Positions 9,363 through 19,613 of a stretch of 64,000 nucleotides of DNA are shown here, piece by piece; position 1 is the first letter of the stretch, and every line of letters begins with the position of its first letter. Origin of the DNA: Pseudomonadota bacterium (lineage in GTDB: Bacteria > Bdellovibrionota_C > UBA2361 > OMII01); NCBI GenBank assembly GCA_038134595.1, contig JAYPVM010000005.1:32001-96000 (forward strand), in the 5' to 3' direction. Below the pieces are notes generated by a model. The model worked only from the letters and a program-made list of their open reading frames with translations. It was not told the origin of the DNA and ran no database searches. The translations under genes were made by a program, and so were the position numbers.

Positions 9363-12348
9363 AATTCAGCTCATAGTACTGGCATTATTTGCAAGTCTAT
9401 TCTTATTTTATCCTCTCTCTCACATATTGGTTTATTCAGTTCAGTACAACAATGAACTATCACTTCGTTTCTTTAAAATCCTTTTTACCACGAAGCTCTA
9501 TCAAGATTTAATTCTTCACTCGTTAAACATAGCGCTTGCTGTAACAATCATCTGCTCCGTATTCGCCTATTTCATAGCATTCTTGTTAACTCGCTTTAAC
9601 ATCCCATTACAAAAAATACTGGCGACCTTGGTCATCGCTCCTCTTATCGTCCCACCATTTGTAGGAGTAATCGGTGTAAAGCAGCTTTTCGGCCGTTTCG
9701 GAAGCATAAACCTCCTCCTGTTGCACAATAATATTGTAGAGGAACCGATAGACTGGCTAGGATCAAACGGATTGATTGGTGTTATCGCTCTTCAAGTTGT
9801 TCACTTGATGCCGATACTGTTTTTGACGCTACGAGCGTCACTGAGAAATTCTCACCAATCGCTTGAGGAAGCGGCCCTTGTATCTGGTGCAACAACTCTG
9901 TTTAGCCTTCTAAAGATTACACTTCCCCTTACCCTTCCCGGGTGGTTCGCGGGAGCTACCTTAGTTTTCGTTGCGAGCTTTACCGACCTCGGCACTCCGC
10001 TGATGTTTGACTACAGAGAGGTCATAAGCGTTCAGATATTTAACATGCTCTCGGATATAAATACGAACCCAGTTGGATACTCTCTTGTCGTTTTTACTTG
10101 CATTATTTCGATTGTTCTCTATACGCTCTCTCGATCGCTATTTCTCTATGGCGGATTTGTCTCAACGGATAAGTACTCAAAACGAGCTCCGCAGTTTGTA
10201 ACATCGAAGTCTACAGCTTGTATCCTTGGCGGGATCGTTTTTGCTTATGGGCTTATGGCATCTATCCCGCAACTCTCCCTTGTTCTTACTGCGAGCAGTG
10301 AACGGTGGTTTATGACTATAGCACCTGAAAAGCTCACTCTAAACAACTTCCTACTGGTCTTTTCGCATCCACTTACAGCTCGAAGCATTGCAATAAGCAT
10401 TCTATTGAGCGCGCTTGCAACAATCCTTACCATTCTTCTGGGATTAACTTCATCGCATATTATTTCACGAGCCGGCCGGACTATCAGCTCCGTTGTAGAG
10501 TCGATCTCTCTTGTACCACTTGCTATTCCCGGCTTAGTTTTTGCATTCGGATTTATCGGAGCGTTTGCCGGAAGTATAATCGACAACCGAGTCAACCCCC
10601 TACCACTGCTTGTATTCGCATATACGGTCAGGCGACTTCCGACCCTTGTACGAATCACAACAGCGGGCTTTCAAGAGGCTAATAAATCGCTTGAAGATGC
10701 GGCGTATATAGTCGGAGCGGGTCGCTATCAAACCATGCGTCAAATTATCCTACCCCTAGTAAAAAGACATTTATACGCGGGAGCGTTACTCACGTTTGCA
10801 TATTCCATGATTGAAGTAAGTGATAGTCTTTTTCTCGCCCTGGAGGAGAAGTATTACCCTATAGCGAAAGCTATGTATGCGCTTATTGGCCGCCCAGATG
10901 GGATAGAGCTTGCGTCCGCCTTGGGTGTTATCGTAATGGCAACACTAATTATTCTCTTTTATCTCTCGCAAAGATTGTCGGGCTCGACTCTTAGGACACT
11001 GTCAGCGATTGTCGGAATTTTAGTAGTCGCGCCACGGCCTTCACTAGCGTCCGCTGACGAACTCGTTTTACTATCGCCTCATTGGGAGGGTATTCGCCAC
11101 GAATTTTCTGAAGCTTTTGCTCGATCATGGGAGAAGCGGACGGGCAAAACGGTGGAATTTCGCTGGATGGACGTTGGAGGAACCTCCGACATAGTCAAAT
11201 ACGTAAAGAGCGAATTCAAGCGGAACCCAAACTCCATCGGAGTCGATATCTTCTTCGGGGGCGGAATAGACTCTTTTCTTGAGCTAGAGCGGTTTGGGTT
11301 CCTAACGCCTGCCAAGATAAGTGAGCGGGTGCTTGCCCAGATACCATCTGACATAGCTGGAACACCGCTGTTTTCAGAGTCTCATCTCTGGTTTGCAAAC
11401 TCCATGAGTACATTCGGGATTCTTTGCAACCTCGATGCCCTAAAACTTCTCCGCAAGCCTGCTCCTCGCTCCTGGGCAGCCCTGGCGAGCCCAGAGTACA
11501 ATAGCTATATTAGCGCGGGAGATCCCAGAAAAAGTGGGAGTATGCACGCCATGTATGAGATTATCCTGCAAGGATACGGCTGGGAGAAGGGTTGGGAAAT
11601 CATTTATGGAATTGCCGGTAATACCAGACGATTTACTAACAACGCAAGTCAGGTTGGCAAAGACGTAACTACTGGTGATGCCCTTTGTGGGATAGTCATC
11701 GACACGTACGCTAATGAAATAGTGAAGCGAGTCGGCGAGCAGCATGTCTCATTTATCCTTCCGGAGGATTTCGTCTCGGTCAATGGTGATGGAGCTGCTA
11801 TCTTGCGCGGCGCTCCAAACATGCAAGTGGCGCAAGCATTTGCTGAATTTCTACTCACCAAAGAAGCCCAGACGTTGTGGTATGGGAAAAAAGGGGTTAC
11901 TGGAGGACCGCAAAGATATGAAATAGGAAAGCTCTCGGTGCTACCATCGATTTATGATACAACTGCTCCCGCTTCGCTATTCCGTTCAAATCCATTCCGC
12001 TTGCCAAATATGCTTTCGTACAACGCCTCCCTTGCATCCGCTAGGTGGAACATTCTAAACGATTTGTTTGGGGCATTTATTGTAGACACCCACAGCAACC
12101 TCAAGTCGTTATCATCAAACCAACTACCCAATCAAGCGCCAGTTTCAGAAGAGATGATAAACAACTTACAGAAGACAACCCCGTGGGGAGATGACCAGAG
12201 CTTGCGAGCACAAATTGTAGCCCAGTGGAGCACGCAAGCACAAAAACTAGTAGCTGAATCGAATCGCCAAGCCGGAGTCTCAAAAATTCCTGTTCTATTG
12301 CTTTTAGCAAGTCTTATTCTAACGCTGGGCGCTCGAAGGTTCCGATAG
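9349..12348 (+). CDS. Fused ABC permease (two TMD repeats, FbpB-like) plus extracytoplasmic solute-binding domain (AfuA/FbpA-like)
   Basis: Two EAA loops (LEEAALVSGA, LEDAAYIVGA); after ~11056 SBP motifs DIFFGGG and DPRKSGS; one continuous frame; likely GTG start at 9349 overlapping the ATPase end. Confidence 0.88.
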   Translation: MRGHRIQLIVLALFASLFLFYPLSHILVYSVQYNNELSLRFFKILFTTKLYQDLILHSLNIALAVTIICSVFAYFIAFLLTRFNIPLQKILATLVIAPLIVPPFVGVIGVKQLFGRFGSINLLLLHNNIVEEPIDWLGSNGLIGVIALQVVHLMPILFLTLRASLRNSHQSLEEAALVSGATTLFSLLKITLPLTLPGWFAGATLVFVASFTDLGTPLMFDYREVISVQIFNMLSDINTNPVGYSLVVFTCIISIVLYTLSRSLFLYGGFVSTDKYSKRAPQFVTSKSTACILGGIVFAYGLMASIPQLSLVLTASSERWFMTIAPEKLTLNNFLLVFSHPLTARSIAISILLSALATILTILLGLTSSHIISRAGRTISSVVESISLVPLAIPGLVFAFGFIGAFAGSIIDNRVNPLPLLVFAYTVRRLPTLVRITTAGFQEANKSLEDAAYIVGAGRYQTMRQIILPLVKRHLYAGALLTFAYSMIEVSDSLFLALEEKYYPIAKAMYALIGRPDGIELASALGVIVMATLIILFYLSQRLSGSTLRTLSAIVGILVVAPRPSLASADELVLLSPHWEGIRHEFSEAFARSWEKRTGKTVEFRWMDVGGTSDIVKYVKSEFKRNPNSIGVDIFFGGGIDSFLELERFGFLTPAKISERVLAQIPSDIAGTPLFSESHLWFANSMSTFGILCNLDALKLLRKPAPRSWAALASPEYNSYISAGDPRKSGSMHAMYEIILQGYGWEKGWEIIYGIAGNTRRFTNNASQVGKDVTTGDALCGIVIDTYANEIVKRVGEQHVSFILPEDFVSVNGDGAAILRGAPNMQVAQAFAEFLLTKEAQTLWYGKKGVTGGPQRYEIGKLSVLPSIYDTTAPASLFRSNPFRLPNMLSYNASLASARWNILNDLFGAFIVDTHSNLKSLSSNQLPNQAPVSEEMINNLQKTTPWGDDQSLRAQIVAQWSTQAQKLVAESNRQAGVSKIPVLLLLASLILTLGARRFR

Positions 12349-12396
12349 ACACTTGTTACATAAGAGAGAAACACTCGACCACTAATACACTCTTAA

Positions 12397-12663
12397 CTAC
12401 TTGCCTAAGAGCTCTTCAAGTTCTCTGCAGCGATTCTTTATTTTCTTTATCTCAGTGATTCTAGAGTGAAATAAAGACCAGAAAAGCGGCTGGGGAAGTC
12501 GTTCGCGTTCCTGAGAGAACCTAAGTATGGTCTGCTTCAACTCCGATAACTCATCAGCCAAACTGCTTCTCTGCAAAGGCTTTGTCTGAGTCGTCTCACT
12601 TTCTCGTTGATCAGATTTTAACTTCATAGCATAACCATCATTCCCTAGTGGGTCTGGTGTCAA
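12397..12663 (-). CDS. Small hypothetical coiled-coil protein
   Basis: 88-aa ORF downstream of the SLT gene; amphipathic helices; start may be 12627. Confidence 0.5.
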   Translation of the reverse strand: MTPDPLGNDGYAMKLKSDQRESETTQTKPLQRSSLADELSELKQTILRFSQERERLPQPLFWSLFHSRITEIKKIKNRCRELEELLGK

Positions 12664-12717
12664 GAGTTTTTAAATTCAACCAATGCGGTTTTTACATCAC
12701 CGACCACAGGTTACAGG

Positions 12718-13668
12718 TCAGACTATCTCCTGTTTCCATTCATGGTAGTCTCGCAAGATAGTGAGTGCATACTTCATGCACTCCCGAGGCACTCGACGTG
12801 TGCCAGAAGTTGCCGATTTAACGTGGCCAGGCCCCCAATTATAGGCAACAAGGGCAAATAATACGTTGTCGTCGTATTCTCTTTTCAAATGCCTTAGATA
12901 CTCGATCCCAATTTGTATATTATACGCAACATCACTCAATGGCCGTGGCTTCAGACCTTTGCTTTTGGCTATCCACTCTGCGGTCCTAGGCATTAACTGC
13001 ATCAATCCACGTGCGCCCTTTTGCGAAACTGCATGCGTGTCAAAGGCGCTTTCAGATTTTATCACCGCAGCAAGAAAGAGAGGATCAATTTGGTAGCGAT
13101 AACTTGTCGATACTATAACCCGTGCTAACGCTCGACTATCAACGTGAGGCTTCCCGTGCTTTTTCACTATCACTGCCACTCTATCTTCGACGGTTTTAAT
13201 CGAGATCGGCTGCTTATTAGTTGCTACTAATGACAAACCTGTAGAGAGCACATTTGGAACTAAACGACTTGGCACCATCTTTGTATGTTCTAGCCGATTC
13301 TTTCCAACTCTATTTTTGACACCGAGCTCGTCAGTATCTGGATAATCTTTCAATTGACGGGAAAGGCTCTCAAAAGAATGGCTAGAATGTCCTGATTTCT
13401 GATGGAGCGCAGATATGGCGGAGAAACTAACTACACGGAGAAACACTCCTACTGAGAGTATCCCCACAAAAAGCCCGAGCCATCTTATAGATTTCTTGGG
13501 GTAGCTATTTTTTTTTGCACAACTGGAAATACCCGCCCCGAGGATATCGGCGGCAATTATGCGCCCCTGGGGCAGAATATATCCCCTAGCGACACTACCG
13601 CTCCTATCGATTGCCCGACTCGTTTTGCTAGGTTTCTCAATTCCCTTTGGCATCGTAAGACTTTCCAA
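12718..13668 (-). CDS. Membrane-anchored lytic transglycosylase (SLT domain)
   Basis: Catalytic ES (IKSESAF), GARGLMQLMPRTA, AYNWG; N-terminal TM helix. Confidence 0.9.
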   Translation of the reverse strand: MESLTMPKGIEKPSKTSRAIDRSGSVARGYILPQGRIIAADILGAGISSCAKKNSYPKKSIRWLGLFVGILSVGVFLRVVSFSAISALHQKSGHSSHSFESLSRQLKDYPDTDELGVKNRVGKNRLEHTKMVPSRLVPNVLSTGLSLVATNKQPISIKTVEDRVAVIVKKHGKPHVDSRALARVIVSTSYRYQIDPLFLAAVIKSESAFDTHAVSQKGARGLMQLMPRTAEWIAKSKGLKPRPLSDVAYNIQIGIEYLRHLKREYDDNVLFALVAYNWGPGHVKSATSGTRRVPRECMKYALTILRDYHEWKQEIV

Positions 13669-13977
13669 TGGTCGATTTTAATCCCCAAAGAGCGCTCTGC
13701 ACTTTAAGCTACTGAAAGCACTCGCTAAAAACACGTTCGGCAGTCCGTCTTATTACCACCAGACGGACTCTCCCGTGTTACATGCTCTTATCTGCACGAA
13801 ACGACCTATTGCTTCACAAATTGAAATAAAAAATTAGTTGCTTTTTCCGAGTCTTACAAACCCGCCTACACGTGCCGACATCGAACGTAGAGGACTTAGC
13901 TGTCACACAATCAAAAACACAAGGTAGAGGCCACTCAAAATAAGCACCTACAATCAGTACAGAACAGCTCCAAAGAA

Positions 13978-16932
13978 CTATTCAGTCTGACTGGTAAAGC
14001 CCGATGCCCGCTCAGCCCTGTCTAATACATACAACAATTCCTCCCGAGAGAGGTGAAAATCGCTTCCCTTCTCTCCATCCAAAGAATTCTTTATCAGTTG
14101 CCTTTTTCGACGCTGTAACTCCAACACTCGATGCTCGACCGTATCTTTTGCCACTAGTTTGTGAACTACAACGGGATTTTCCTGTCCTATCCTATGAGCT
14201 CTGTCGGCCGCCTGATCTTCTGCAGCAGGGTTCCACCACGGGTCTAGGATATAAACGTGGTCAGCTGCCGTTAAGGTTAATCCGACACCACCTGCTTTAA
14301 GCGATATTAGCAACACATCAGGCCCTGAGTCCGACTGAAAACTCTCTACCACCGCACCCCGATTGGTCGTATTGCCGTCAATACGTCCAAAGCTTATCCC
14401 TGAGTCGGTGAGAAGAGGTTCTACCTTATCGAGCAACGAAACCCACTGAGAAAAAACAAGGCACCGATGACCATACGCCTTAGATTGCTCTAGATGGTGC
14501 ATTAAAAGAGATAGTTTACTCGAAGTCTCACTGGTTATTCCGGGTACCATCCCTGTGTGACAGCAGGCTTGTCGGAGCCTGAGAAGCATCTCCAGAATAG
14601 AAAATGTCCCGCCACCACTATCTAGTTTATCAACTACAGAACTTTTTGTACTCGTAAGAATTGCGTCATACACCACTCGCTCTTCGCTCGAAAGCTCGCA
14701 CTCTAAAACCATTTCCGTCTTAGGTGGCAATTCCTTAGCAACGTCTCGTTTGTATCGTCGCAAGACAAATGGAGCTACACGAGCCCTAAGATGTGATATA
14801 TCAACACTCTCTCTTGACTCTTTGCCCTGCAGATATTTTCTTTCGAATTCCGCAAGTGTGCCCAGCAATCCAGGGTTTAAGAAGTTACACTGACTCCACA
14901 GATCGCGGGCGCTGTTTTCAATAGGAGTGCCCGTTAAGCATATCTTATAGCGACTTTTTATTTGATACGCAGCTCTTGCCACCTGGCTATATGGATTTCG
15001 GATTACATGGGCCTCATCAAGTACAACGGTCTCCCAATCACTAGCTGCCAGGCTAGCAACATCTGCTCGAAGAATTCCATACGTAGTTATCGTTATCTGC
15101 GCGTTTAGATCCAATTGTCGTTCTGCACCGTGATAAAGTGCCGTTTTTCTACCGGGCAGAAATGACGCAACCTGTTCTTGCCAACTCGATACAACTGAGG
15201 TCGGACAGACAATCAGAGACTTGCCACGTAGGGCACACAGCGCCTGAACAGTCTTGCCTAGGCCCATATCATCGGCAAGGAGTGCGCCTATGTCGTGGTC
15301 CATTAAAAACGATAGCCAATTTACACCTACTTTCTGATAAGATCTAAGGCTGCAGGTTAATTCAGCCGGAAGCTGGCTATCGGGGATACTCGAACAGTCT
15401 GCCAATCCCTTACCAAGCCGAGAGAAATACCGCGGGGGATCTACACCAAGCGATTCTGATATCTCCAATACGTCAGGCAAAAATACTCTAGAGCAACTTT
15501 CAGCGTCCCTTCGTCCTTGAAGCAGCCGTTGCAGTGCCTCACTATGAGCCAATAACCACTGATCCGGAAAGCCCAGCCATCCAAAACCCTCGTGATAATA
15601 TGCACCATTGGACCTAAAATCCCACGCGTCCAGTATCGTTTGTGCGGAAATGCTATCCCCATTGGGCGCTTGAAACTCAACTAGAAGACCAGTATTGCTT
15701 CCTGTTACGGTCGGCACCAACGCAGTTGTCGATCGACACAGCGAGATATCACTTCCTTCAATACACTTATCAGCAATCTGCGCCGCGATATTTACGACCT
15801 TCTGCCCGGAGAATACAGTCGGAACATCCCTACGAAGTCCGTACTGCTGCTCGACCTGCCGCAACAATGCGCCCTCCTGCACCATGTCACGAATTGGTAC
15901 CTCGTAACGATTTTTGATTTCACACTGCCCCAAGCGAATTTCTGCTATGCAAGGATCTCCGTATTGGATTACCGGAAGAACACTTAGAGCTTGTCCGTGC
16001 TCAAAAGCCTGTGCCTCAAATCGAACCGTTGGACGTAATTTTCTTGCCTTTGGTAGAGAGCACCCTATCGTCTCAACCGCAATCTTGGCGCGAAGATTCG
16101 GGATAACTCTCGTAGAGAGATCGAGAGAATCTGAATGGTTGAAAATCTTACCAGCCCCTTTAAGCATCTCAAAATCTTCATACCGAAGAGAGGAGTCCTC
16201 GATTGCGCTAAGAATACCATCAAGGATAACCGCGCTATTATCAAAAACCTCTGTTGTAGCGTCAGCCATTTTTCTACGAAGACAATACCCCTCAGAAACA
16301 TCTACCACCTCCGCCACAACAGGCATAGCCTCCGGCGAGACCCGGATTGGTTCACCGTCCAATTCAACATGGCGGACTCGAGCTAATGATGGGAGCAGAT
16401 ACCGCATAGTCTGAGGATCGAGCACACCGTTCTTCTGAGTCATTAATACGTGATCGATATTCATCTCCTGATCGCTCATTGAGAAATGAGCAGTCGAATT
16501 TGATCCGTTTAACTTCAAGGTCTGTAGTAGCGATGTTTTTACCTCTATACGAGAATCGTTAGAGACAAGATAGCGAGTAAACGATAAAACACTGCCCTGA
16601 CGAAAAAAAGCATGCACCACCGAGCCCTGGCGAACACTTGCAACACTCGAGGAATTCTTACGAACCGCTCCTTGCTTTACGGCGATAAGGGTTGCTAATA
16701 CATGTTCGCACGGGTCAACATCTCCCCCACAATCACAATCCCAGCTTTCATCTTCCGGTGTTAACGAGACGATTACATCTCGGTCGCGACTAGCTGAATG
16801 GATATGGTATTCATGCTCGCCTAGATCACCTGTGCGGATCCACGTAATTTTAGCATGCCGAGCGAGTGTTACAGCCGTTGTCCAAACGCTCCCGTCGCTT
16901 AACTTCCTTGCTAACGCAAATAAACTATCCAT
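13978..16932 (-). CDS. SWIM zinc-finger SNF2-family helicase
   Basis: SWIM CDC..(x5)CEH; LRSYQ, LADDMGLGKT, LDEAH, LTGTP, WWNPA, QAADRAHRIGQ. Confidence 0.93.
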   Translation of the reverse strand: MDSLFALARKLSDGSVWTTAVTLARHAKITWIRTGDLGEHEYHIHSASRDRDVIVSLTPEDESWDCDCGGDVDPCEHVLATLIAVKQGAVRKNSSSVASVRQGSVVHAFFRQGSVLSFTRYLVSNDSRIEVKTSLLQTLKLNGSNSTAHFSMSDQEMNIDHVLMTQKNGVLDPQTMRYLLPSLARVRHVELDGEPIRVSPEAMPVVAEVVDVSEGYCLRRKMADATTEVFDNSAVILDGILSAIEDSSLRYEDFEMLKGAGKIFNHSDSLDLSTRVIPNLRAKIAVETIGCSLPKARKLRPTVRFEAQAFEHGQALSVLPVIQYGDPCIAEIRLGQCEIKNRYEVPIRDMVQEGALLRQVEQQYGLRRDVPTVFSGQKVVNIAAQIADKCIEGSDISLCRSTTALVPTVTGSNTGLLVEFQAPNGDSISAQTILDAWDFRSNGAYYHEGFGWLGFPDQWLLAHSEALQRLLQGRRDAESCSRVFLPDVLEISESLGVDPPRYFSRLGKGLADCSSIPDSQLPAELTCSLRSYQKVGVNWLSFLMDHDIGALLADDMGLGKTVQALCALRGKSLIVCPTSVVSSWQEQVASFLPGRKTALYHGAERQLDLNAQITITTYGILRADVASLAASDWETVVLDEAHVIRNPYSQVARAAYQIKSRYKICLTGTPIENSARDLWSQCNFLNPGLLGTLAEFERKYLQGKESRESVDISHLRARVAPFVLRRYKRDVAKELPPKTEMVLECELSSEERVVYDAILTSTKSSVVDKLDSGGGTFSILEMLLRLRQACCHTGMVPGITSETSSKLSLLMHHLEQSKAYGHRCLVFSQWVSLLDKVEPLLTDSGISFGRIDGNTTNRGAVVESFQSDSGPDVLLISLKAGGVGLTLTAADHVYILDPWWNPAAEDQAADRAHRIGQENPVVVHKLVAKDTVEHRVLELQRRKRQLIKNSLDGEKGSDFHLSREELLYVLDRAERASGFTSQTE

Positions 16933-16941
16933 TATCTCTTC

Positions 16942-17967
16942 CTAAGCGGCAGCGGTAACGCGTCGATGAAAATCAGCTGAAGCAGTAGGAACGCCGCATC
17001 TATCAAGCGTTGATAGCAACTCCTTAATATCTCTACACCGCTTCGCAGTTGAGAACCAAGATATAGAACCTCGCTTATGCGCATAATTTAACCATTGCTT
17101 GACTCGAGAAAGGGTACGTCGCTCGGCCTCTCCCTTCTCTCGTGAGAGCCAGACTACATCTGAGACGATCTGCGACCACACCGCCCCTTCATGCAGACTA
17201 TCATAACACTCCGACAGAACAGGAAGCCCCAGATGTCGGGCGCATTGTTCGGCTAGAAATGGATTTGCAAGAACCCCCCTTCCCAGCATAAAGTGCTTGC
17301 AGTTAGTAATATCTTGGCACCGCTTAAGATCCTCGACAGTCCATATCTCTCCATTCGCAATCACAGGAATATCTAGGGCCCGATTCACATCTCTTATAGG
17401 CTTCCAATACGCCGGAGGATTATAGCCGTGCATCTTCGTTCTACCGTGAATAGCAATCCAATCGGCTCCCGCAAGAGCTGCTCGCTCTGCATTCTCATGG
17501 ATCGCTGATGGGTCATCCCAACCAAGACGAAACTTAGCAGAAACCGGAATCGCAATTGGGAGAGCACTACGCACCGCTCTAACAATATTTTCTATACGCT
17601 CTGGAAAACGTAAAAGTGTGGCGCCTCCATCGTGCCGATTAACTGTTGGAGCAGGACAACCAAAATTTAGGTCAACGCAGGTGGCTCCCATTTCGACAGC
17701 GAGCTGGGCCGTTCGAGCCAGTCGGTCGGGGTCTCCGCCGAGCAATTGAATTGCAACCGGGACTCCTGAGCTAGTAACACTGCCGGCTTGAATCTCAGGT
17801 ACTGACTTGATTAAGACTTTCTTCGGAGGCACCAACCCCGAAACTCTCACAAATTCGCTAACGCATCCAGAAAAAGGCATACGTTGAGTCAGCAACCCCC
17901 TCATAAGCGGGTCGGTCACCCCATCCATCGGAGCTAAAATAATTGCTGGTTTATCTGGTGTTATCAT
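16942..17967 (-). CDS. dusC: tRNA-dihydrouridine synthase (DusC-like)
   Basis: LAPMDG, QLLG, DLNFGCP, GGATLL, HGRT, IANGEI, MLGRG; subfamily less certain than family. Confidence 0.85.
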   Translation of the reverse strand: MITPDKPAIILAPMDGVTDPLMRGLLTQRMPFSGCVSEFVRVSGLVPPKKVLIKSVPEIQAGSVTSSGVPVAIQLLGGDPDRLARTAQLAVEMGATCVDLNFGCPAPTVNRHDGGATLLRFPERIENIVRAVRSALPIAIPVSAKFRLGWDDPSAIHENAERAALAGADWIAIHGRTKMHGYNPPAYWKPIRDVNRALDIPVIANGEIWTVEDLKRCQDITNCKHFMLGRGVLANPFLAEQCARHLGLPVLSECYDSLHEGAVWSQIVSDVVWLSREKGEAERRTLSRVKQWLNYAHKRGSISWFSTAKRCRDIKELLSTLDRCGVPTASADFHRRVTAAA

Positions 17968-18021
17968 GCAGTATAAGTCTACTGTGAAGTCATATCCCTA
18001 GTCACCTAAACCACTAAAAGG

Positions 18022-18825
18022 CTACGTAACCCTTTCTTTCATATGACGCCCAAACCGCTCACGTAAAACACCCATTACCGCTTCCCGCGGAAGCGATAAG
18101 CGAGTAGAACCAAGTACATAGGGACCGACTTCGTAACTATTGTAATGAAGCTCCAAACTGTTTTCCGTAAGCATCCAGTTATTCGGAAGCGGGAGAGCCT
18201 CACCCGCAGGAATAAAAAAACCAGCATCAAATAGGCTCTGCTCCATAGGAATATTACGAGCACGACGGAACTCGGCCTCGACAATACGAGCAAATGAGGC
18301 GCTCGCCCCATTCCGCACGATCTCATCCAACGCAAGGATACCACCGGTCTGACCATCAAACATAAGTAACGACACCTCGTGAAATCCGTGAGCACCACCT
18401 AAATAACCATCATTGAGTATCTCAACCGCGATAAACTCTTCCGCGAGACTTGAAACTTTTACTGTTCGAGACAGCGACCAATCAATAGGTGTTTCAGAGA
18501 AGCTCTCGTACTCTTCTAGACGGTTCTCAAGCTCCCTTAGCACATGAGAACTGGACGGTTCCAACGTTTCCGAATCAACAGGAAGGTATAAAATCCGCGC
18601 TATCTCAGCTTGAACTCTCTTAACCACATCAGTTTTAAAGCTCGCCGGGAGCTCCGGGACAGCGGCTAAACTAACCTTTACACACGGCGTCGGTGCACAC
18701 GTCCCGAGAGTCGTTTCCACCCCGGGATCGAGAGGTTTCGCGGCGGGGATAAAACATCCCCCGATGCTCGTTCCCAAAAAAACAACACATATAATGTTGA
18801 ACAACGATTTATGAACGGTGCGCAC
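18022..18825 (-). CDS. DUF3298/DUF4163 (PdaC/RsiV-like) lipoprotein
   Basis: Lipobox IGGC; GYLGGAHG and YNSYEVGPY motifs. Confidence 0.8.
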   Translation of the reverse strand: MRTVHKSLFNIICVVFLGTSIGGCFIPAAKPLDPGVETTLGTCAPTPCVKVSLAAVPELPASFKTDVVKRVQAEIARILYLPVDSETLEPSSSHVLRELENRLEEYESFSETPIDWSLSRTVKVSSLAEEFIAVEILNDGYLGGAHGFHEVSLLMFDGQTGGILALDEIVRNGASASFARIVEAEFRRARNIPMEQSLFDAGFFIPAGEALPLPNNWMLTENSLELHYNSYEVGPYVLGSTRLSLPREAVMGVLRERFGRHMKERVT

Positions 18826-18826
18826 G

Positions 18827-19603
18827 TCATTGAGCCTTCATTTTTCCACGAAGGCTAACCGCACGCTTAACGGTGGCTCGAATATAATCGCGGTTCATCT
18901 TTGTTATATACTTTATACTAATCCCTTTCGGACATGCTTCTTGACACTCGCCATGATTCGTACATCCCCCGAACCCCTCTTTATCCATTTGATCTACCAT
19001 CGATAGCACACGATCAGTTTGTTCTGCCTGACCCTGCGGCAATAGGCCTAAATGAACAACCTTCGCCGCCGTAAATAGCATTGCGGATCCGTTTGGACAC
19101 GCAGAAACACATGCCCCACACCCGATACATGCCGCTGCATCAAAAGCCTCATCTGAAAACTCCTTTTCTATCGGCGTAGCGTTGGCCTCTGGCGCTGCAC
19201 CCGTCGATACCGAGACAAATCCACCAGACTGCTGAATACGATCAAATGCAGAGCGGTCTGTTACCAAATCTTTAACCACCGGAAACGCACCTGCTCGAAA
19301 TGGCTCGACATAGATAACGTCACCACTGCTAAACGTTCTCATATGGAGCTGACAAGCAGTCGTAAGTTTCTTGTGGCCGTGCGGTCTTCCATTAATACTC
19401 ATCGAACACGAGCCGCAAATACCTTCTCGACAGTCGTGCTCAAAGGCAAACGGCTCATTGCCCTGCTCAATGAGAATACCGTTAAGAGTGTCAAGCATCT
19501 CCAAAAACGACGAGTCCTCACTAATTCCCGTCAACTCATGACGCTCAAATGAGCCTTTGGCCTTGCTATTTCTTTGCCGCCAAACGTACACCGTTAAATC
19601 CAT
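18827..19603 (-). CDS. sdhB: Succinate dehydrogenase/fumarate reductase iron-sulfur subunit
   Basis: [33 protein letters not shown]. Confidence 0.96.
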   Translation of the reverse strand: MDLTVYVWRQRNSKAKGSFERHELTGISEDSSFLEMLDTLNGILIEQGNEPFAFEHDCREGICGSCSMSINGRPHGHKKLTTACQLHMRTFSSGDVIYVEPFRAGAFPVVKDLVTDRSAFDRIQQSGGFVSVSTGAAPEANATPIEKEFSDEAFDAAACIGCGACVSACPNGSAMLFTAAKVVHLGLLPQGQAEQTDRVLSMVDQMDKEGFGGCTNHGECQEACPKGISIKYITKMNRDYIRATVKRAVSLRGKMKAQ

Positions 19604-19613
19604 GTCTCTCTCC

